Assembly: GCA_009695285.1 (NCBI GenBank)
Contig: SIBH01000030.1
Location: 1 to 22,289 of the forward strand
Length of the DNA: 22,289 nt
Direction of reading: 5' to 3'
From: Pedosphaera sp.
Lineage (GTDB): Bacteria > Verrucomicrobiota > Verrucomicrobiia > Limisphaerales > SIBH01
Shown: positions 17,279-22,289 of the stretch, piece after piece
Position numbering within the stretch: the first letter of the stretch is position 1
Layout: each line of letters begins with the position of its first letter
Program-made: the position numbers and the translations under genes
Notes under the pieces: model-generated
Databases searched by the model: none
Told to the model about the DNA's origin: nothing
What the model saw: only the letters and a program-made list of their open reading frames with translations

Positions 17279-17779
17279 TCATGCAACGCGGGCATGAAAC
17301 CGGAACGCGGGCGGGCGCTCATTTATAATTTGCCGGGGTGTTTGTAGAATTGGACGCGGCGGCGTTGGAAAGCTCACCGGTCCAGATAGCGTTGCCGCCA
17401 CGCCGGCCACGATGCTGTCGGTGCGCTCCGCGTCCGCGCTCGGCATGCCGAAGCCGAGACATTCGAGGACTTGCGGGTGCGCGAGCCGCAGCCGCTCGAT
17501 GGTTTCGGGGAAAATTTTCCGGCCCGCCACGTTGATCTGGTCGCCGGCGCGATCACGCAGAAAAACAAGACCGTCGCTCAACTCCACCAGATCGTTCGTG
17601 CGATGGCAGCCGTGGGCGAGAGCCGGGCCAGGCTCCGGCAAATACGTTTCGGCCACCGCCGCTCCGCCGGGCAGGGCGGCGAGTTGATCAAACGTCCATT
17701 CGCGTCCGGTGGCCGTTTCGCGCAACGCCCAGGCGGTGCGCCTCTCCCGCGCGATTTGCCGCCAGCGTTTGTAAAGCAT
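17279..17779 (-). CDS. AMP-binding (acyl-CoA synthetase-type) enzyme remnant. An N-terminal ~40 aa is joined directly to the C-terminal A8-A10 region. It is probably a degenerate or pseudogenised gene.
   Basis: The sequence DGLVFLRDRAGDQINVAGRKIFPETIERLRLAHPQVLECLGFGMPSADAERTDSIVAGV matches the hinge and C-terminal subdomain of adenylate-forming enzymes (GR.DD.IK..G..I.P.EIE..L..HP.V). The central ~350 aa, which carry the ATP/AMP motifs, are absent. GC3 decays in the last ~35 codons. The ORF-track frame extends to a GTG at 17947, but that Q/R-rich extension has low GC3. Confidence 0.35.
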   Translation of the reverse strand: MLYKRWRQIARERRTAWALRETATGREWTFDQLAALPGGAAVAETYLPEPGPALAHGCHRTNDLVELSDGLVFLRDRAGDQINVAGRKIFPETIERLRLAHPQVLECLGFGMPSADAERTDSIVAGVAATLSGPVSFPTPPRPILQTPRQIINERPPAFRFHARVA

Positions 17780-17956
17780 TGTCAGCTTGGCAGCCGATCG
17801 GTAGCGTGCGCCGCGAGTGTGAATGTCCAGTCGATGAATTTTCCCGCTCGCATCCGGCGCGTGGTGTCGCTGACGCCGTGGTTTTTGATTTTGCTGCTGG
17901 CGCTGCTGGCCGGCGGCTGCGCCACCTCGCGTCCAATGCGAATTCACGCCCCACGT

Positions 17957-18334
17957 TCACAGCTTCTCCCGCCCCGCGTAGCCGCTGTCGAGGTCGTGCC
18001 AGAATTCGATGTCCTCGTCGTCCGTCTCCCAGCAGAAAAAAACCTCCTTGCCGCCGATGATCGCGGGGAAATCAATCAGGCTGCGGTCGAGATCCTTGAT
18101 CTGAATCTCCCGGGTTTCAAATTCGCGGAGGAGCGCCTTGATGGCCGCGAGGTGTTTCACCTGGTTGTTCGCCAAGTCGCCGCCCACGTCGTCGCCCGCC
18201 GCGAGAAGCTGCGCGATGCGCTGGTCGGTCTGGAGGAGTTGGCGGCGGGTCGTGTTTAATTTCCCCAGCCAGTCGCGGATCTGGGGGAGCAGGGCGCGGG
18301 CTTCGTCGCGCGTGTAATGTTGGCGGAACTGCAT
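17957..18334 (-). CDS. DUF2203-family protein (125 aa).
   Basis: MQFRQHYTRDEARALLPQIRDWL..DLDRSLIDFPAIIGGKEVFFCWETDDEDIEFWHDLDSGYAGR matches the conserved DUF2203 pattern (FTLEEAN.LLP.., L.DFP....G.E..LCW..GE..I.YWH....G..GR). The ATG at 18334 lies 1 nt after the TPR gene stop. Confidence 0.7.
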   Translation of the reverse strand: MQFRQHYTRDEARALLPQIRDWLGKLNTTRRQLLQTDQRIAQLLAAGDDVGGDLANNQVKHLAAIKALLREFETREIQIKDLDRSLIDFPAIIGGKEVFFCWETDDEDIEFWHDLDSGYAGREKL

Positions 18335-18335
18335 C

Positions 18336-20030
18336 TTACGGCCCTTGGTTCTGGCCCGGCGCGGCGCGCAGTTTTTTCTCGATGGCCGGGCTTGGTCCGA
18401 GGCTGAGGGCCTTGCGCCAGGCAGCGCGGGCCTTGTCGTGCTCCTTGAGCGCGGCGTGAACATCGCCGAGGTGATCGAACAGGGTGGCGTCCGGCTCCTC
18501 GGTCAGCTCGATGGATTTGAGGATGTGCTTGAGCGCCTCGCGCGGTTGGCCCTGCTTGAAGAGCACCCAGCCGAGGCTGTCGAGGTAGGCGCCGTTCTTC
18601 GGCTCGAGCCGCAGGGCGTGATCGATCAGTTCGCGGGCCTTGGTCAGGTTGGTGCCGTGCTCGGCCCACATGTAGCCGAGATAGTTCAGGCACTCGGCAA
18701 AGTCGGGCGAGAGCTGGAGGCTTTTGAAAAAATACTTCTCGGCCTGGGCGATGTTGCCGGCGCGCTCATGGGTGGAGCCGATCTGGAAATAAAACGTGTG
18801 GTTGAGGCGGTTGGTGTCGGTGACGTCGGCCACGATCTCGGCGTGGGTGTAGTGGCGGAGGGCGTTGGTGTAGTCCTTGAGGCGCGTCCAGGCGATGGCG
18901 GAGAAAAATTCGCCGACGAAGCTCTGCCCAAACTTGACCCGCGCGCGGTCGAGGTGATCCAGCGCGCCCCGCGGCTTGTTCAGCGCGACCTGCGCGGCGG
19001 CCAGGTCGTAATAGGCCTGCTCGAAGCCGGGGTTGAGGAGGATGGTTTTTTGGTAGCACTCGCCGGCGCGCTCGTAGCGCTTGTCCTCGTAGGCGAGCGT
19101 GCCGAGAAAATACCAGGCCTGCGGGCTGGTGGGGTTGTCGCGTACGATGGCCTCGAGCTGTTCGGCGGCGCGCTTCTTGTCCTGGTCGCGCAGATAAACG
19201 TCGGCGAGTTTTTCGTGGATGTCCGGCAGGTCCGGATAGCGTTCCAGCAGCTTCAAATAAACGGCCGCCGCCTTTTTGGTTTCACCGAGCTTGCTGAAGC
19301 CGTCGGCGAGTTTTTGCAGGACGAAGAGGTTGGTGGGATTGAGCTTGTCCGCGCCGTGCAAGGCGGCGAGCGCGGCGTTGCGGCCGGCGAGGTTGGCCGC
19401 GCTGTTGGTTGTTTTGGCCGCGCGGTTTTGCGCGAAGTGCAGGTCGGCCAGATCGACAAGGAAGGCGGCGTCGGGCTGGGGCTGGCGGGCGGCCTCGGAG
19501 ATGACCTTGCCGGCCTCGTTGGGGCGGCCGGTCTGCGAGTAGAGGAGGAAAAGGTTCTGGTAGCCGGCGATGAAGCGCGGAGATTTTTTAATCGCCATCC
19601 GGTTCGCGTCAATGGCCGCATTGGTCCGGCCCATTTGCAGATAGACATAGCCGAGCCGCGCGGAAACGAGGCCGGTGGAGTTCGGTTCCGCCGCCGCCTT
19701 CTGGAGCAGCTCCGCCGCCCGGTCGAACTGCCGGTCCTGGATGAAACGGCGGGAGAGATCGAGGGCGAGGACTTCGTCGCCGGGATTGGCGAGCACGGCC
19801 AGGTAGTACTCGTCGAGCGCGCGGGCCGTCTGCCGGTTCAGTTCGAAGGCGAAGCCGGCGGCAAACCGGGCATGGGCTTCGGCGCGCTTTTCGAGATCGG
19901 CGTGAGATTCCGCCGCCGGTGTCGGAGGGGGAACAGCGGCGGGGGCGGTTGGCCCACGGCGCGGGGTCTGGCAGCCGGAGAGGCCAACCAACCCCAGCGC
20001 CAGAAGCGCGAGAGAAAGGCATTGCGACAT
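18336..20030 (-). CDS. TPR-repeat lipoprotein (564 aa).
   Basis: The signal peptide with lipobox is MSQCLSLALLALGLVGLSGC. Many TPR-like A/Y/L-rich helical repeats follow, for example AWYFLGTLAYEDKRYERAGECYQKTILLNP and YYDLAAAQVALNKP. Confidence 0.8.
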   Translation of the reverse strand: MSQCLSLALLALGLVGLSGCQTPRRGPTAPAAVPPPTPAAESHADLEKRAEAHARFAAGFAFELNRQTARALDEYYLAVLANPGDEVLALDLSRRFIQDRQFDRAAELLQKAAAEPNSTGLVSARLGYVYLQMGRTNAAIDANRMAIKKSPRFIAGYQNLFLLYSQTGRPNEAGKVISEAARQPQPDAAFLVDLADLHFAQNRAAKTTNSAANLAGRNAALAALHGADKLNPTNLFVLQKLADGFSKLGETKKAAAVYLKLLERYPDLPDIHEKLADVYLRDQDKKRAAEQLEAIVRDNPTSPQAWYFLGTLAYEDKRYERAGECYQKTILLNPGFEQAYYDLAAAQVALNKPRGALDHLDRARVKFGQSFVGEFFSAIAWTRLKDYTNALRHYTHAEIVADVTDTNRLNHTFYFQIGSTHERAGNIAQAEKYFFKSLQLSPDFAECLNYLGYMWAEHGTNLTKARELIDHALRLEPKNGAYLDSLGWVLFKQGQPREALKHILKSIELTEEPDATLFDHLGDVHAALKEHDKARAAWRKALSLGPSPAIEKKLRAAPGQNQGP

Positions 20031-20094
20031 GGCTCAGGTTACTGGCAACCGCGATGAACGCAACCCGCCGCCGGGTCGGGCGCGGGCCGCGCGC

Positions 20095-20196
20095 CTACTT
20101 CTGCCAGGTGCGCTTTTTGTGCCGGTTGGCGCGGAGCTTCTTGCGCCGTTTGTGTTTGTTAATTTTGCTTTTCCGGCGTTTTTTCAGTGAACCCAT
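20095..20196 (-). CDS. Ribosomal protein bS22-like small basic protein (33 aa; AURKAIP1/COX24-domain family).
   Basis: The ORF is ATG (rc of cat at 20194-20196) to TAG (rc of cta at 20095-20097), 34 codons. It encodes [33 protein letters not shown]. This resembles mycobacterial bS22 ([33 protein letters not shown]), which has the same length and the same MGS-hydrophobic-KKRRK start. The gene is too short for the ORF track. Confidence 0.7.
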   Translation of the reverse strand: MGSLKKRRKSKINKHKRRKKLRANRHKKRTWQK

Positions 20197-20227
20197 AGGT
20201 TGTTTTTTAACGGACTCGTCAAACGGA

Positions 20228-21103
20228 TCAATACACGACTTTGTTCAACGGATATTCGATGATGCCTTCGGCCCCGGCGGCCTTCAACTGCGGAATCAAT
20301 TCGCGAACCACATGCTCGTCGATGATCGTTTCCACCGCCACCCACCCGGACTGGCTCAAATTTGAGATGGTTGGATTACGCAATGCCGGGAGACTTTGCA
20401 ACAACATTGCCAAACGTTTTTGCTCGATGTTCATTTTTAGGCCGACCTTGGTCTCGGCTTCGAGTGCGCCCTGGAGCAGCAGGGAGAGGGTTTCGATCTT
20501 CTTCCGCTTCCACGAATCCTTCCAGGAATCGCGGTTGGCGACGAGGCGCGGCGTGGAGACGAGCAGCTCGTCCACGATGCGCAGATTGTTCGCCCGAAGC
20601 GAAGAACCGGTCTCGGTGACCTCGACGATGGCGTCCACCAGCTCGTGGGCCTTCACCTCGGTCGCGCCCCAGGAGAATTCGACCTCGGCCTTCACGCCGT
20701 GCTTCTTCAAATATTTCTTCGTCAGGTTGACCACTTCGGTGGCGATGCGCTTTCCGTGCAGATCCTTCACCGATTTCACCGGGGAATTTTCCGGCACGCA
20801 CAAGACCCAGCGGGCCGGGCGGCGCGAGACCTTGCTGAACAGAAACTCGCCGACCTCGTGAACCTTCGAGCCGTTCTCCACGATCCAGTCGTGTCCGGTG
20901 ATGCCGCAGTCGAGATAGCCGTGCTCGACGTAGCGGCTGATTTCCTGCGCGCGGATCAGGCGGATCTCCATCTCCTCATCGTCTACGTAAGGGACGTAGG
21001 AGCGGCTGCTGACGGAAATGTTCCAGCCGGCCTTGGCCATCTTTTCGATGGTGGCGTCCTGCAGGCTGCCCTTGGGTAGGCCAAAACGTAATTTGTTCTT
21101 CAT
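20228..21103 (-). CDS. hisG: ATP phosphoribosyltransferase, long form (HisG, 291 aa).
   Basis: The N-terminus is [27 protein letters not shown]. The catalytic domain is followed by a C-terminal regulatory domain, and the length is typical of long-form HisG. Confidence 0.9.
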   Translation of the reverse strand: MKNKLRFGLPKGSLQDATIEKMAKAGWNISVSSRSYVPYVDDEEMEIRLIRAQEISRYVEHGYLDCGITGHDWIVENGSKVHEVGEFLFSKVSRRPARWVLCVPENSPVKSVKDLHGKRIATEVVNLTKKYLKKHGVKAEVEFSWGATEVKAHELVDAIVEVTETGSSLRANNLRIVDELLVSTPRLVANRDSWKDSWKRKKIETLSLLLQGALEAETKVGLKMNIEQKRLAMLLQSLPALRNPTISNLSQSGWVAVETIIDEHVVRELIPQLKAAGAEGIIEYPLNKVVY

Positions 21104-21161
21104 TCCGATTCTTTCTTGAAATCTGGTTGTGCCGCCGCCGCGGTTGCTTCCGGCGCGCTGT

Positions 21162-21788
21162 TCATGCGACCCGCACCGTCTGCCGGCCGCGCACGAGCAC
21201 CTGGCCGCGGGCCAGCGCTGCCATGGCCGCCGGATACAGCCGCCGCTCGGCCAGTTGGATCCGCCCGTGCAAAGACTCCGCCGTGTCGCCGTCCAGCACC
21301 GGTACCGTCTCCTGCGCGATGATCGCGCCGCTGTCGATGCCCTGATCCACGAAGTGCACCGTGCAGCCCGTGACCTTCACGCCGTAGTCCAGCGCCTGCC
21401 GCCACGCTTCTAAACCGGGAAACGCCGGGAGCAAAGAGGGGTGGATATTCACGACGCGCTGCGGAAATGCACGCAAAAAATCGCCCTTCAGGATGCGCAT
21501 GAACCCGGCCAGCACCACCAGATCGACCTCCGCCGCCTGCAGCCGTGCGATGCAGACGCGCTCGGCTTCCTCGTCGAGCTTGGTGCGGAATTTACCTGGC
21601 GCGAGGAATTCCGCCGGCAGTTTCCGGTCGCGCGCCTGCTGGAGAATCCCCGCGTCCGCCACGTCGCTCAAGACGAGTGCGACCTCGGCCGGGACCTGGC
21701 CGGCGGCGCAGGCGTCGGCGATGGCGGCGAAGTTCGAGCCTTTGCCGGAGCCGAGCACGCCGAGTCGGAATTTGTTGGAGCCAGTCAC
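21162..21788 (-). CDS. purN: Phosphoribosylglycinamide formyltransferase PurN (208 aa, GTG start).
   Basis: [90 protein letters not shown] aligns with E. coli PurN ([62 protein letters not shown]). The start was set at the GTG 155 codons into the track ORF 21162..22253. The upstream part of that ORF is R/P/Q-rich and overlaps the next gene. Confidence 0.85.
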   Translation of the reverse strand: MTGSNKFRLGVLGSGKGSNFAAIADACAAGQVPAEVALVLSDVADAGILQQARDRKLPAEFLAPGKFRTKLDEEAERVCIARLQAAEVDLVVLAGFMRILKGDFLRAFPQRVVNIHPSLLPAFPGLEAWRQALDYGVKVTGCTVHFVDQGIDSGAIIAQETVPVLDGDTAESLHGRIQLAERRLYPAAMAALARGQVLVRGRQTVRVA

Positions 21789-21847
21789 GCCGCTGTTAAA
21801 TCGGAATGGCCCGTTGCGGGCAAGTTTTGTCGTGGAGAAACCGCCGG

Positions 21848-22240
21848 TCAATACGCCAGGCTGAGCTTGTAGCGCATGATGTTGTGGCAGCGCACGGTGT
21901 CGATGCTGGCTTTGTTGAGCCAGCCGTGGCAGCACATTTCGCCCGTGGCCGTGGTGCGCCGCTTGGCGACGGCCTGGGCGAGCGCCTCGCTCATGTCGAA
22001 ATCGCCGCGGACACATTCGTGGTTGAGGCAGTCGAAGCGGAACACGGACTTGGCGTGGTCGGGATTGACCGTGTATTTGATCTGGCTGTTCTTGCTGACG
22101 CCTTCGGGGTTGAAGAAGGCCAGTTCCACGGTCAGGGACTTCAAGTTCTGGAACTTTTCCGAAAGGCTCGCGGACTCTTTGGCGCGCTGGCTTTGCTCCA
22201 GGCGGTAATCCGCGCGCGGGGTGAATTTTTGGTGACGCAT
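21848..22240 (-). CDS. Small Cys/His-rich hypothetical protein (130 aa), possible zinc-binding protein.
   Basis: ORF-track frame with high GC3. Cys/His clusters are FDCLNHEC, GEMCCHGW and RCHN. It is co-oriented with purN and lies 59 nt upstream of it. No family was recognised. Confidence 0.5.
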   Translation of the reverse strand: MRHQKFTPRADYRLEQSQRAKESASLSEKFQNLKSLTVELAFFNPEGVSKNSQIKYTVNPDHAKSVFRFDCLNHECVRGDFDMSEALAQAVAKRRTTATGEMCCHGWLNKASIDTVRCHNIMRYKLSLAY

Positions 22241-22289
22241 AATTTCGATCCATTGCCTGAATCGAGCCGCCAGTGTAGCATAAAACAGC

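Noticed and set aside
17780-17947. N-terminal extension of the 17279..17947 ORF from the GTG at 17947 (MNSHWTRGGAAAGQQRQQQNQKPRRQRHH..)
   Set aside because: The sequence is Q/R-rich and low-complexity, with GC3 of about 57% against more than 80% in real genes here. The start was moved to the ATG at 17779.
17471-18259. Plus-strand ORF whose internal ATG (~17834) encodes a lipoprotein-like signal (MNFPARIRRVVSLTPWFLILLLALLAGGC)
   Set aside because: The leader is tempting and has high GC3. However, the frame then runs entirely antisense through the conserved DUF2203 gene to 18259, and no other support exists. It is most likely a chance Leu/Ala-rich stretch. Checking for a TSS here would be worthwhile but is low priority.
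18345-20057. Plus-strand ORF of 570 aa
   Set aside because: Antisense shadow of the TPR lipoprotein gene.
1-22289. Search for tRNA/rRNA genes, CRISPR arrays, and IS or integrase elements
   Set aside because: No non-coding gap is long enough or carries tRNA-like T-arm or anticodon features. There are no periodic direct repeats and no transposase or integrase-like ORFs. The window appears to be core chromosome.

Overview
High-GC (~65%) bacterial chromosomal segment, densely packed with genes. No start codon is preceded by a Shine-Dalgarno motif. This, together with the CotH/LTD giant protein, suggests a Verrucomicrobiota-like (PVC) organism, but that is inference only. Sixteen genes are supported. 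Minus strand, in order of increasing coordinate: a 3'-truncated giant exported CotH-kinase/lamin-tail-domain protein (1..4383), which the supplied ORF track misses because it has no stop codon inside the window; a membrane-anchored helical repeat protein of unknown function; pyruvate carboxylase; flotillin; NfeD; an AMP-binding-enzyme remnant; a DUF2203 protein; a TPR lipoprotein; a 33-aa bS22-like ribosomal protein, also missing from the track; HisG; PurN, which starts at GTG; and a small Cys/His-rich protein. Plus strand: a Tat-exported metallophosphoesterase, a GH42-like glycoside hydrolase and DnaG primase. No rRNA, tRNA, CRISPR array, transposase or integrase was recognised. Most long plus-strand ORFs in the track in the regions 1-9800 and 15000-20000 are antisense shadows of the real minus-strand genes. 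Items worth a second look: the two hidden genes; the CotH kinase with its neighbouring anchored repeat protein; the Cys/His-rich orphan upstream of purN; the TPR-DUF2203-remnant operon; and several intrinsic-terminator-like hairpins.
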